Assembly (NCBI GenBank): GCA_900088475.1
Contig: FLMG01004575.1
Span: 1 to 64,000, forward strand
Source: Hyphochytrium catenoides
Lineage: Eukaryota > Protista > Hyphochytriomycota
DNA: 64,000 nucleotides
Reading direction: 5' to 3'
The translations under genes and the position numbers were made by a program. This document shows positions 14,001-27,022 of this stretch, in pieces. The notes beneath the pieces were generated by a model. The model saw nothing but the letters and a program-made list of their open reading frames with translations, was not told where the DNA came from and searched no databases. Position 1 is the first letter of the stretch. Each line of letters begins with the position of its first letter.

Positions 14001-14042
14001 TTGGCTGTTCTTCACATCGGCTTTGTCGCAGCAACCGCCCAT
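8065..14042 (-). CDS. Protein phosphatase 2C / two cyclic-nucleotide-binding domains / AGC-like (pseudo)kinase fusion protein
   Basis: N-term MGGCC. PP2C motifs [55 protein letters not shown]. cNMP cassettes [14 protein letters not shown] and [14 protein letters not shown]. Kinase [32 protein letters not shown]-term WFKDF*. Same architecture as the plant PP2C/cNMP/kinase protein. Confidence 0.93.
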
Positions 14043-15768
14043 CTTTTGAAGAGGGAACCTTAGGTAAGGTTGAGCTCGCAAAGTTTTGGCCGGATGCGAA
14101 CCTGGTTCCCTCTTCTCGTCACACAACACCTCCTACTTTGAAGATGAGGGTCAGAGTGCCTGCTACTTGCTGCTGAGCGCGGACCCCGAGCGCTCGCACT
14201 ATCTGGAGCTAAGCGTTAACAATATACTGGCAGAGACTAGGGGGTGACGCCAATGCGACCAGGAAAGAGTTTCCGTTCCTCGTACAGGCTAGGCACTTCT
14301 TATGAGGATCGATAGAGGCTTGATGAGGCACTGTCATAATCAATGTACCTGCAGTAGACGGAGGCAAGCGGAGCCAAGAAAGAGCGAGCGAGCCTCTGAG
14401 ATCAGATAACGGGGAGTTATTTTTCCTCTCCGTTGTGAGCGCCACCCCCACCCCACCTCGACGACTCTTACGCCCTATGATGTTATGTTGGGAGTGATCC
14501 CCGCGCTCCATAGGGTACTCAAGAATGTACCATACTTAGGTGGTATCAGAGGTTACCCCCAGAGGGTGGGTGTCCCAGCTTGTGGAGGGTACACAGGCTG
14601 TTTTATCCTTGATAACCTAGTCATTAGCACACTCTGTCTCGCAGATCCTCTCTCCGCTATGCGGCCATGAATAATGCCCGTCTATTGGTCTATTGGGTAG
14701 TTCTATCTCCTGCATTCTATGTGGGGTTCAACCATGATAGCGGGAGGAAGAAAGAGCCAGCCGCCACAGCTGAGGTGATCCTCACCTGTACAGCTTGTAC
14801 AGCGGTTGGACGTACACCGAGTTCCAAATGATGAGACAGCACCCGACAGCATACTGTATTATTTACAGCGTCATCACAGTAACTCTTGGGATGGCCCTTC
14901 ACTGGTCATTTCGTAGTCAAAGGCCTACACTGCTGATAAGCTGTTTTATTTTTTTCTCCTGAAAACCGGAGCCATCTCAGGATCACATTCACTGCTCAGA
15001 CCTTTCTTCCCTCTATGAAGGAAGACACCCCTCCTATTGCAGTTTCTTAGCACACTCCAGATCCTTTATTAAGTCCGTGATTGTGATCAACTATAAAGTT
15101 TGCCCGATAGATAGACAGCGACACGCTGGACGCTAAGCTGCATCAGGGAATTCACTATGATCGGTGAAGCAAACCTAAGAGTCTGCCTTTATCTAAAGGC
15201 GCTTCTTCCGCAGCGGAGATAACCTTTTTTAAAAACTTTCCCATATGCTATACGTGACCGCATAAGAATAAAAGCGGTGTAATGCCAAAGTAAGGCTCAC
15301 TCTGTGCATCGTGTTACGTTAATATGATCGTGTGAAGATGCCTAGATTTGTTAACGGAACGACACGAAAGTCAAACTAGCTCACGAACATTATATCCCCT
15401 GAGTGGGGCCCGCGTCTCTACGGTCGCATTGGGACTATGGCTACTCATAGGGGATTCGATGTCCTAACGCTTATGACCGTTGGGCAAGAAAAAATATGGA
15501 GAGAAGACGGGGCTCGAGAGGAGCCCAGTCACCCATAAAAACGTCCGAGCAACCACGGGGCGCTCCGGTGGCGTTACCATGACAGAAAGTTCTATTTATG
15601 AGAGGGCCAACTACCTATGGTAGACTCACATCCGTGACGCACTCCACTAATAGGTCCACCACCACTCCTACACTACTTGAAAAAAGTTCTAATTCTATTA
15701 AACAGACCCCCACATCATAACCACCAAGATATTCACACACCAGGGAGGACCGTCACAGGCTAGCAGGT

Positions 15769-16713
15769 TCACTCAACAAAACTTCCTTGACTTTGTCTCT
15801 TCCTGCTTTGCTTCTCCAATTTCTTTTTGCTAAGCTTCCGAGTCGCCATCTTGTCATAGTAACCTGCTTGCTTGGCTTGGTTATTGGCATAGATTACAAG
15901 CGCTCCGAGACCGCCGACGGAAAGAGCTTAGGAAACGAGGAGGGACACATCGTTAGCCGGACTTTCACAGTCACCGAATAGGGATGCAAAGGCAACATAC
16001 CTAAGAAGACCCCTATGATCACGTAGGAAGTCGTAGCATCAGATTTGGCCTTCGATTTCTTCCCATTTCGTGTTTTAGCGTTCGCTGAGGCCTTCGTTTT
16101 CCTCTCCCCTGCTTCCTGAGCTTTAGTACGGAGCTCCACATATTGCCTCATACCCTCGTTGACCTCATGCTGGCATCTGGGAATGACTTCAGTCAGCTTT
16201 TTGTGGATAAAACCCCACTTGCAGCCTGCCTATATCTTACTCTTCCTTAAGCTTGTTATTTAGTTTCCCTTCACCGGTTGCACCCTCCGCTTGCAATTCT
16301 TCCAACGTTTTCCTGAGATCTGCCTGACAGTCTTCGCTCATTCTACTGTAAATGAAGCTGAACATGCGCGTCCTGCAGTTGACAGGCGTAAGCTTTGTTT
16401 TTCATAGGCTCAAATGAGGAAGCTGGGCTTACTGCTCTTCCTCGTCAGGAGTCGCTGCGGTCTCCGACTGGTGGCCTGCGTCTTCGGTCGTTTCGTCAGA
16501 TGCGTCAAAGTCTTCATCCTCATCCTCTAGGGAACCGGCAGAAGAGTCTTTGGCCTCTAACGTAATATCGTTATCTTTACTCTCCTCTTTTGCCAAAGCA
16601 TCGATGCTATCTTTGCTATTGGCATTCGCATAAACGGCGATAACTCCTGTGGCCACAAGCAGCGCGGCTAACAGGAGACCCAACAGATTATGTTTACGAC
16701 GGCCAGACAGCAT
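15769..16713 (-). CDS. Hypothetical single-pass membrane protein (signal peptide, acidic linker, Cys pair, TM helix, Lys-rich tail), 4 exons
   Basis: MLSGRRKHNLLGLLLAALLVATGVIAVYA signal; EDEDED linker; spliced TM SYVIIGVFLALSVGGLGALVIY; tail RKLSKKKLEKQSRKR...GSFVE*. Confidence 0.7.
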
Positions 16714-17448
16714 CCTGCACCTGTACGAGGCTCCACGAGGGCGGGTTGTTGGCTTGTGCAGTCAATTAGAGGCCTCCGATAGAAAACATATAGTGACTTC
16801 ATCACTGCTTCCTGAGGACGCGAGCTTGTGGTCTTCCAGGCGGCATCAGATTACACAGTAGTTCCAATCCAGCACACCTTCTAGAACTAAACTCCAGAGT
16901 CTGAAGGATTCGGAGGAGGGAGGAGGATCTCCTGCTGATCTGCAATCTGTGAGATCTGTGGATCTAATAATGTGATTACCCTTTCTTTGATCCGATATGG
17001 GATTATTCTTTGTCCTGGGGGAGGTCTCTACGTGGTTGAGAGGGCGGGAATTACGAAAGCTCAAAAAGGGAACCACATTTCCCTCGCCTTTCGTCTTCCG
17101 AAAAGCTGCAGATCATTGCGGATCAGAATGCGACGTCTCATCATCGCTCCTCTTACGGTTTACTTAGGGAGAATAACCATGGCACAGGGAGCGATCTCAT
17201 ATATCGCTTGGTCGTCGAGGCACAACGGGGGCCATGTGGCTATGTCTGTGTTTCGTGGCTGCTTAGGGTAGAGCTAACTGGGAACATAAGAGAGAATGGC
17301 CTTTGATAGAGTCTCCACGTGAAGAAGTTTCTCAATTTACACGCCGTCGCTATCTTGACGAGTGACTTAGAGCCTAGGCGAGCAAAGTCTTTCAGAATTA
17401 TTCCTGTCGCTTGGTCAACCCTGAAGGCTTCAAGTTCCTTATCGAGCT

Positions 17449-20400
17449 ATGTTGCGCAAAAAGTCTATAATAAGCAAACTTGGCTCGCCGCCCTCGCAAA
17501 AGATAGGAAAGCCCTTCGTCTCGCCCACAGCCAAGAGGCCAGACAACCAAGATGAGAGCTTTCCTAGACATGATGAGGAGCAGTATCTTACAAACTCCCA
17601 AGCGGTGAGCTTAGCGAAAAGTCGCACTGATCTCAACCGCAGCGGGCCTTCTGACGCTGTCTGTGCATAGGTCAAGTCAGGCTCTGTTGCAGTGCAGCGG
17701 ATGCCATTTCTGTCTTTTCTCTCTGTCCCAAAGGATACTTCCAGTCTCTGCAGAGCTTTCAAATCACCTGCTGGAGTTAAAAGAACACCGCAGAGCGATG
17801 AGCTCTTGAAGAGAAAGACTCTAGGAGTACGTCTCGTACACCAATGATTAGAGCTAACCCATGTAACTTTTCTTAACGCTCAACTCGGTTTTATAGGCAA
17901 GACGGATCTGGAGTCGAAATATTCCCTCAGGTTTCCGCAAGCATGACTATGTTCAGGTAAGCGGCAGGCTATTCCAGGGCTACTCTATCGTCGTTGACGG
18001 GCGATGGCTGACTGTATCTCTCGAAGGTTGAGGATGGCCTCGAGGAAGATGAAATAGGTGTTCCCGAGCAACCTACAATTGAAGCTCAGCCGCCAACCAC
18101 AGCGCCAGCGGCTTTACCTGAGGCTCCTCCTTTGGTCTTATGGGAGCCCCCAGAAGGTGAAGAAGGCGAGCCTGTGGTTGTCGACCCTATTGTGGGAGCA
18201 TACCTACGCCCTCATCAACGTGAAGGTGTACAGTTCATGTTCGAGTGCGGTGAGTTGAACCTTTGGAAAGTTATGCAAGCCCCGATGTTGTTGACTAAGA
18301 TTTCACCCCTACAGTTGCTGGGCTTCGAGAATTCGAAGGCAGCGGGTGTATCTTAGCAGATGACATGGGCTTAGGCAAAACCCTCCAGGTATAGTTTGTT
18401 ACTATAGGCGGTTCTTCTTAAGTTGAATACTCAGTCGTGCTGCAGAGTATCACGCTTTTGTGGACTATGCTTCACCAGGGCTGGAAGGTGAATGCCCCCG
18501 TAGATAAGGCCATTGTCGTGTGTCCCACAAGGTCTAGTGAGCATCGGAGTCTGTCCCACCTAAGCTGAGGCTGACATTACTGGCTTTCAGTCTGGTCAAG
18601 AATTGGGACGACGAGATTGACAAGTGGCTAAATAAAGACCGTAAAGGGCTGCCTTCAAGACTGAAGACTGTCGCTCTTAGTGGTAAGTCGTTCAATGAAG
18701 CGCCTCCAAAGCTCCTTCAATCAAGTGCTTCCTTGCCACAGAGGCTACGCGAGAAGAAGTTGTTCGAGGAATCCGTGATTTCAAAGCTACCAAGTTCAAA
18801 GTTGTTTTGATCATTTCATATGAGGTGAGCTGTGGAACGGAAGTTTCAACTCATCAAGCTATTGACAGCGCACTTCAGACTTTTCGCCTTCACAGCTCCA
18901 AGTTCTCAGATCCCGCCGCTTGCAGTCTGCTGATCTGTGATGAAGCACACAGGCTGAAAAATGGAAATGCTCTCACAACGCGCGCATTATCCAGTAAGCA
19001 CTAGGAAGGGTTGAGAAGTCCGTGTCGTAGCCCTAAATCTTCCGTCAGATTTGCACTGCAGGAGGAGAGTCCTGCTATCTGGCACACCCATCCAGAATGA
19101 CCTTGAAGAATTCTTTGCCATGGTAAAGTACAAGGCTAGCCTCGTTTAGGCGAAGCTCTGTGGTCTTCTAATCACGAGTCTTATCCAATGGTGCAGGTTG
19201 ACTTCACTAACCCCAGTATTTTCGGAGACGCGTCAGACTTTAGAAGGACTTTTATGAACCCCATTCTGGTGGGAAGGGAGCCAGATGCTTCCGAAGGAGA
19301 GAAAACATTGGCTCAGCAGTAAGTGAAAAGACGTAGAACCCAGCTCTTCTTTGCTTCACTCCTACTCTCTCTCCGTTAGGCGATCGTCGGAGCTATCTGA
19401 TATTATCAACCAGTTTATCCTCCGGCGGACCAATTCGTTGAATGCGAAGCACTTGCCCCCTAAGCTTACTCAGGTATAAGCTTTCTATTGCACCAAACTC
19501 TGATATGCAGCCCAGCTAAGGCAGATTCAGGTTGTCTGCTGCAGGATGAGTGAGGTTCAGAACCAGTTGTACACACATTTTCTCAACTCTAAGCACTGTC
19601 GAGCCATCATCAACTCTCAAGATACAAAGGTTCTGTCCTCAATAACAGCGCTAAAGAAGTTGTGCAACCATCCCCAGTTGATATATGATGCCAGGTAACT
19701 CCTTGCAAGCTAGTGATTGCTAGCTTATCCTCAACCTTCTTCTACAGCAAGAACTCGTCTGGTGCAAGTGCTCCAGGCTTTGAGGACTGCGACAAGTTTT
19801 TTCCTCCGGAGATGAGATCCCGAAAGGCATGCAATCCGAGTCTTTCTGGGAAGGTTTGTCTGGTTGTTGTTGCTTTGCCGCCCGGGATATAATGTTAATG
19901 CTATTCATGAACTTCAAACTCTGTTCTACTTGGGACAGCTCCAAATTCTGACTGAATTATTGAGATTCATGAAGCTGAAGACTCAAGACAGAATTGTCAT
20001 TGTCTCAAATTACACGCAGGTAGATCCTTGCTAATTCTTAGCAACGGGTTGAATTCTCATTTATCCTTAGCAACGGGTTTAATTCTCATTTGTCAACATT
20101 TCCCGGCCTAGACGCTGGACTTGTTTGCACAGGTTTGCGAGAGTCATTCTTGGGAGTACATAAGGTTAGATGGGAGCACCACAGCCTCAAAGAGAAAGAA
20201 GCTGGTTGATGTCTTCAACAAAGAAACACGATACTTTGCCTTTCTCCTGTCAAGCAAGGCTGGTGGTTGCGGTTTGAATCTAATCGGCGCCAACCGGTTG
20301 GTGCTCTTTGATCCAGACTGGAATCCAGCGACAGACAAGCAGGTACGAGCCCAACAGCAAGACCCAAAGGTCACGAACAGGTTGCTTTATGCTAACCAGA

Positions 20401-22381
20401 CCGCTATACCTATAATGATGGTAGGCCGCGGCGAGGGTCTGGCGTGAAGGACAGACCAAGCGATGCTACGTTTACCGCTTTGTTACTACGGGTATGGTTC
20501 TGCGCACCTTGGCCACAGTTAAGTAAAGTGTACTAACTGCAGATTGAGGGACCATTGAGGAGAAAATTTTTCAGAGGCAACTCAGCAAGGAAGGACTTCA
20601 AAACATTGTGAACGATAAAGAAGATATGAATACAATGTCATCCAAAGATCTTAAGGTAATGGCTCTCTAAAAGTTGTCACCGCTTTTATTTTTCTTCAAC
20701 CTTCCCTGCAGCTCAAGATCTAAGGCTTCTGTAAAGCACTGCCCCTAGTCATCCTGAAAGTGTGCAGGTTATAGATCTGGTGCACTGGGCGTTGACCACA
20801 CTGGTTGTCTGGTTCTCACAGTGCGTCCTTCAACATTTCAAAATTCTAGAATCTCTTTAAGTATCGGGACGCTGTCTTCTCGGACACTCATGATAAGATA
20901 AAATGCAAGCGATGTCCGTGGCCTCTATACCATCAGGAGGAGGTGGAGGAGATAGAGCCACCCATATCGCTGCCTAGCCCTATCGTTGCTCTTGAGAAGT
21001 GCCGGAGGGTCCTGGACACTATCCTCGACCACAAGCTCTGCTCACTCTTTGAAACAGGTATGCCTCTCATGGCCATGTCTTCTTCCTGGAAGTCTTCGTG
21101 AGTTTCCTATCTCCTTCACCCACTACCGTGCTAATTCAATAGCGTTTGCTTACAGCTCCGCTGGACTTAGACGATATTGAGGAATATACTAGGATCATTC
21201 AGAAGCCCATGGACATTGCCACTGTACAGCAAAACCTTGTTTCTGAGACTTACAAGCGGGCAGGAGAATTTTTGCGGGATATGCGACTAGTTTTCTCAAA
21301 TGCCTTAGCATTTTATCATCCGCAACAAAGAATGCACAGAGACGCACTAAAGCTTACAAAGGTCTTTGAAAAGGCCTTCTCCAAGCTCGTGGGGAAGCCG
21401 AAGGATTATGAGAACGATTTTGAGATGGAAGAGAATGTGACACCAGCAAAAGCGGGTAGGTCTAGTCGGGGTCAAAAGTTCGCTTAGCTCCCCCAAGTGT
21501 CCGCGTACAGCTGGCCTCACAGTTCCCACTTTCATATCATTTTCTTTAGGCCTTGTTAGTTCCAATCCTGACTTCCCTTACCTCGCATCGCCAGGCTCTC
21601 CCGGCAGGGCGCAATGTAGTCCAGAGGTGCAGGACGGTAGTCCGTCTCTGGCCTCCTCTGACACGAGTGACCTCTGCTTGTCACTCAGCGCACTTCGAAT
21701 AAAGTATAAGGGCCAGTCTTCGTCCCAAATTGGGTAAGCAGGGAAATATCTTACAAATCTAAGCCCCATTTGCTTCCCGGTCTGCGTCAGAACTGATCAG
21801 CAGCGCCATGCAGGCTCCCCTCTGAGGATGACCTAAACAGCTGGGGTCATCACATATCTTATGACACTGTCGACGACGAGGTTATGCGCGCTGCATGCGA
21901 AAGTAGCGATCTGGTATGTTTTTTGGCCTCTTCTCTGCATAATCAGTCAGCTTTCTAACTGAGAGCAACAAACTTCAGGTGTCTTTTATCTTTACCTGTG
22001 AAATTGATTACGACATTATGATGAAGCACGCTGAGAAAGAGGCGAACGAACAAAAAGATAAGTCTTCGTCAACCAATTCTAGCACAGACTCCCCTATATT
22101 ACCCGATGCGGAAGAGGTTCAAGAAGAGCTAAGCTCTACACGAACTGGTAAGTCTCCATTCACGGGCATCTCTTGCACTTCAGGTCAACATCAATGTGTT
22201 CTCTTCAGAGGAAGACAGCCCAGACAAAGGCAGCAAGATGATGAGTCCTGTACCTATGCGAACCGGCCTGTCCTACCTTAGTGCGGACAGCTCGCCCCAG
22301 AAGCGCAGTGCTGAGGAGGAAGAGCAAGCATTTGACGAGAAAGAGAATTACAGCGGCAATAGGCCAGTAAAGAAGGTATGA
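17449..22381 (+). CDS. RAD54: DNA repair/recombination SNF2-family ATPase RAD54 with an inserted bromodomain, many exons
   Basis: [155 protein letters not shown]...WGHH. Confidence 0.95.
20037..20091 (+). repeat. Tandem duplication (29-bp period, 2 copies) inside a RAD54 intron
   Basis: cttagcaacgggttgaattctcattt at 20037 and cttagcaacgggtttaattctcattt at 20066 (1 mismatch). Confidence 0.85.
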
Positions 22382-22945
22382 AGAATGAACTCGACAGCAC
22401 CAGTGACCGACATCTCATGCGTGATGGGATCCCTACCCTGCACTTTGGACCCTCCTTTGCTCTGATGACAGACCAAGACCCTCCAGCAGGACTCAATTTG
22501 CATGAGCACTCCGAAGCTCAGCAGCAAACATGGGCGCCTCCCTGCTGGGTAGCTCTGTTCCGCTTCCTCCTCACACTTTGTCTGCTTCCTTGCAGTTGTG
22601 TACGATTTGATCTTCATCTATTTATTATAACGCTTGTATTAAAAGTATCTAGCAGATATTGTTTTTCGTACATGTTCTGCCTTCCGACTTCTCTCGTACA
22701 TTAAGGTGCTTGGTACTGGCGTCTCCACCCCAACTTGGAGAGAATCGATAGCTCTTTCATAAGCCTAGAGATGCTCGTTTAGGCCTCTCCTTCAATATCA
22801 CTTCGGTCCGATTGTCCCGTCCTCTCTAACCAACTCGCGGTTCAAAACCAAAGTCTGGTGGTTGACTGTGATACTGTGATGTTGAACCACCTTTCAGGTC
22901 GCCGTCCTTCTCCTCGGCGGCAAAAAGCTCACTTTTCGTGAAGAC

Positions 22946-25323
22946 TTAGCCTTCTCGACGGATGCTGTCATATCTTTTCAAAGGCCTTGGGAAGACGCTG
23001 TGCTTATACTTGCCATCAACAAATCGCTGATAAATGAAGATATGGAGGGGCCGCATTGTCTCCGGTGCCGTTGCGTAGATATGTCCAATTAATGCGAGAG
23101 AGAGGGAGAAAAGAGCCAGCTAACCAAGCCCGAGAAAACAACCCATCGCCATAGAGGTATAAGAGCAGAACCCGAAAGGCGAGAGAGGCAGAACGAGGAA
23201 AGCATGAGCTCCATTTTGCAAATCAATCACATCTGTACATTTACCTCTGGATGCGGCAGGAGTGATCTCACTCCCTTACTCTTCAGTTGCCCCACCGCCG
23301 TGTGGAAAGCTTGAGCTAAGAGGTACAGACAGAGCTCAGCCCGACGGCTGCTCTTTTCAACGGTAATAGAAGCGCCACCAAGCAACCCTGCCAAGGTTCT
23401 GAAATGCAAAGAGTCAACTTCAATACTGGAGAAGCAGGAATTATCACATATCAAAGTGCAAAATTGATGCATGGGAACATCTATAGGCTAAGCTACCGGC
23501 AGCCAAAGTACTTACACTGTTGCAGGAGTCCGCCGTCCACCCCGGAACAGAAGCAATAAAGCGCACCTACGTAGGGAGAAAAGGGGAGCGACATTTATCT
23601 CAAAGCGGACGTGATGGAAGCAGCTCGAGTCGATCTGTTGAGAGAAGGTAGCCCTTATATATATATAAAGAGAGAAAAGGACAGTTGATGGGAAGGAAGA
23701 AGCTCTAAAAGGCTGTCGATGAGTACCATGATATGCCCGTCAGCAATCCCAGAAATAATGACGATCTGGCCACACCCAAGCTTGCGCGATAAATAACTTT
23801 CCTGGGTGTTGCAGGGTTAAGAGCCAAGGCGTGTGAGCTATGGAACAGGTTAGGGTTTCATGTGAAGCCCGTGCTTACGTGGGTGAGGTGAGAAATGCCT
23901 TCGGACTTAGCATCACTAGCGGGAGAAGATAAACAGGATAGTAGAGCCGAGCCGCCCTCTGATAGCCGCGGAACGTCTCTCTACGGATGGGGAGTTTGTG
24001 CAGCTTAGACCAAGGCGTTGGCCGCCGAGATAAGTAAGAAGTCGGAGATCACTCACTTGAGGAAAAAGGATAAAAGAGGTTGCGCAGAAGGGTTTAGGGT
24101 CTGCAGTAAGTCATGTCCTCCAAGAGCTGAACACGAATTAGATATTGATCCGCTGAGGCCCCCCGTGCGCTTCGACTCTAGGGTAGCGCGGATGGCACTA
24201 ATAGCAGCTGGCTTTCCGGTCTGCTCAACATTGTGAGGCAAACTCGAAGGTGTCCCTGGGTATGTTGTCTTCCTTCTCCCCAATCATGATCTTTCTCTCT
24301 TCTTTTCTTTCACTTTGATCTTCCCCGTCCACAGCGGCATACGATCCGCCTTTGATCTCTTCTCCCATGGGTCATGTCGTCATGTCACACCGACGCCGCT
24401 TGCTATCTACCCCTAAGCTGACCTGAATAGCCATAAACCTGCGGTAACCTGCTGGGATAACTTCCGGCGATAGAGCGAAGGCTGTTAAGAGGTAAGATGT
24501 CGACGCCATGAAAAGTCCAACGTCAGCAAATGGGATCCGAAGATGGGTGTGCTTCTTGAGAATATAAGAGGAGAGAACCTGTATCAAGAAGGGAAAAGAG
24601 CGAGAGGAGAAGAGAGGTGCTGCATGAGGGCACTTACAGAGACGGAAGCGTTTGGTAGAAGTGCTCACCTCTAAGGCTCTCACAAAGACAAAGAGAGTTA
24701 CAGGCACCCGCTTGGAGGGAGATAGCATCAGCAAGGAGGCGCTGCTCACTAGCCCTAGTGGTGTAAGAGAGCCAACATGCCGACTTGAGGTCCGAGAAGA
24801 ATACCGACGTAGAACCGATCTACCTACCAGCTATTGCCCCACGTAGCGGATAGAGCAGTTTATCATTGACCCTCAGTAGGTACATCATCCCATTGAACGT
24901 AGAGAGAAAGACGGCAAAGGACATCTGCACAGATGCACAAACCCAAAATAGCATAGAAGTGGGGAGAGATGATGGGACGACAAGGGAAGGGGATTATTAC
25001 TCTGCCTTGACCAGTGCCTATGAGGCAACCAACGGCTTACCCCGTGTTCTAATGGCTTCTTTCCTAGCACCGCCGCCATCAGGCGTGCCTTGAAGCTCTG
25101 GTCAACTACCCTGACAACAGCAAAACAGATAATCCAAAGTCAGACTATGAACTACTAAGCGCTGAAAGCAAGTGAAAGCTGTTCTATTTCAACTACCTTA
25201 CCGCAATAGACCGTCAACAAAGACGACGTTGAGACGCTTCAGAATGAGAGGAAGGACGTCTAGGACTATCTGGCCCGTCCAGACGAACGCAAAACCCTGC
25301 AGCAGCTTTCCGTTAACTTCCAT
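22946..25323 (-). CDS. Transmembrane protein 135-like (TMEM135/PMP52, Tim17-related family), multi-exon
   Basis: MEVNGKLLQGFAFVWTGQIVLDVLP..., TRGKPLVAS, IPFADVGLFMAS..LLTAFALSPEVIPAGYRRFM, TLAGLLGGASITVEKSSRRAELCLYLLAQA, last exon LALFSLSLALIGHIY...RREG*. Confidence 0.8.
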
Positions 25324-25499
25324 GACGGAATGAATGCAAGAGTTGGATGACTAGGAAACAGACGTAGAAAGCAAAAGCTGTTAGAATGAAAGACGGGGTT
25401 GGAGTTCTTAACCTTGACAAAGCTTCTGAGCACACATTCAGGCAGTCCAAAGCGGTAGGAGTATAGAGCCCTTCACAAAAGCTTTTTTGAGTGAGGGTA

Positions 25500-26740
25500 T
25501 CAACACAGGGAGGCGTGTTCGTTCTCTCGGTCAGGCCACGGTACGCGCTTCTCCATCGCACAGCGTCCCTCCTTCCCTACTCTGCCACCTTTTCGCTTTG
25601 CCCCGTTGTCCAGACTTTGCTCTCCCTCAAAGTGGCGTTTTGGCCTTCTCCTGGTATACGAACTCGACTTCCCAAAAATATACGCCAAGTAACCCTTCTG
25701 GACTCACTTTCGTTGGTGGGCTTTCCGTTGGCCTGTCTCTATGACTGACGGACCCGGCGGAATCTGCGTTGGAAGGTTCTCCGAGGTATACAGCTCCTTC
25801 AAGTGATGTCTGCCGTCATACTCTTGGAGCTGCTCGTCATCCTGGTTTGCGCGGTAGAGTTGGTCCTCCGAGGGTGACGCAGTGAGTCGTGAAAGCTGGT
25901 CTAGATGTGACTCCACGCGAGAGAGCACGCTGACCTAGCAACATTTGGATGCGTGAAGAGGTGAACTTTGCAAGCTTCGATAAAAGGTGAGACAACTCAA
26001 GGATATTTCTGGAGGATGTGAAAGGTATCGCCCCATCCTAGTTCCGGCCTTCTTCTCACCTCCATCACTTCAGTCTAAGGCGAAGGAAGCACTTCGCCCT
26101 TTGAAACCTTCTTAGAGCAAACAATCACCCCGATGAACTTGCTCCGTCACGTTTTCCTGACGTAGGGCCAGGTCTGGAGTCCCTTGGAGGTCACTGCGTG
26201 GCTGGATAATCCGAAGTGCGGAAAGAGAGAGGGGAGCAGGCAAATCACTGAGCTTCAAGGCGAAGAAAGGATCAGAACAGGAACAGTGTGCCAAAGATCT
26301 TTAACAGCGGAAGTGGGCTAAGACAGAGTGACGTGAGGGGAGAGAGGGCTGTCTGGGAGATGGAAGAAGTAGAGAACCTGACGTGACAGAAGGAGAGAGA
26401 GAGCATCAGAGGGAGCGGGTAACGCCAAGGATCCGTCACGAAAGGGTGTGAGGTGAGGGAAGTGAAGACATCACCTTTGGACTTGAAGACCCATCGGCTA
26501 GTGAGACTGATGACAGCGCCGCCGACCGGACCGTAGTCACCTCCCAAGCAAGAGAAGCAAGAGTCAGGGACGGACGATTTTGAGAGAGAGAGAGGTGATA
26601 GGGAAGAGCTGACATTATCAATAGGGATGAGTGAAAGGCGTCCTCTGAGTGGCGAAGGGTGTGGCTGTTCCTAATAAGAAAAGGAGGGTAGTTGAGTGTA
26701 TATACGGTGCTTGTCAGTGGTAGCAGCAGTGCCATAGAGT
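25500..26740 (-). CDS. Hypothetical spliced protein (5' end unresolved)
   Basis: Exon SVLSRVESHLDQL...RKAHQR|gtgag splices in frame to ag|RRPKRHFEGEQ...ASLC*. No recognisable family. Could be an alternative 3' part of the TBC gene. Confidence 0.3.
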
Positions 26741-27022
26741 CCTTTTGGCCAACGTCGTGGCCCCATCGAAGTTGGGCCCAGATATGTTGGAGTCCGCAGG
26801 CAAGGGTACCACGATGATTTATGCAAGGCCTTAGGAGCACGTTGTCCCGTGCGTCATATCTTCCAGCTTGTTATTCCCTGTCGACCAGAGCTTTATGATC
26901 TTTGATGTCGATGCCCGACACCTGACAATATCAGAGACTATTCAAGACTTTCTATGTCGCGCCAACTAGTCCGCGCCGCACTAGAGCAAGCATAAAACTA
27001 ACGTTCGGCTTTTATTGACGGA

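Noticed and set aside
14700-15760. Possible structured ncRNA (weak stem ctag-a-tttg/caaactag around gacacgaaagtc at about 15340-15380)
   Set aside because: No hammerhead CUGANGA core and no tRNA, snRNA or convincing C/D-box pattern; the pairing is within chance.
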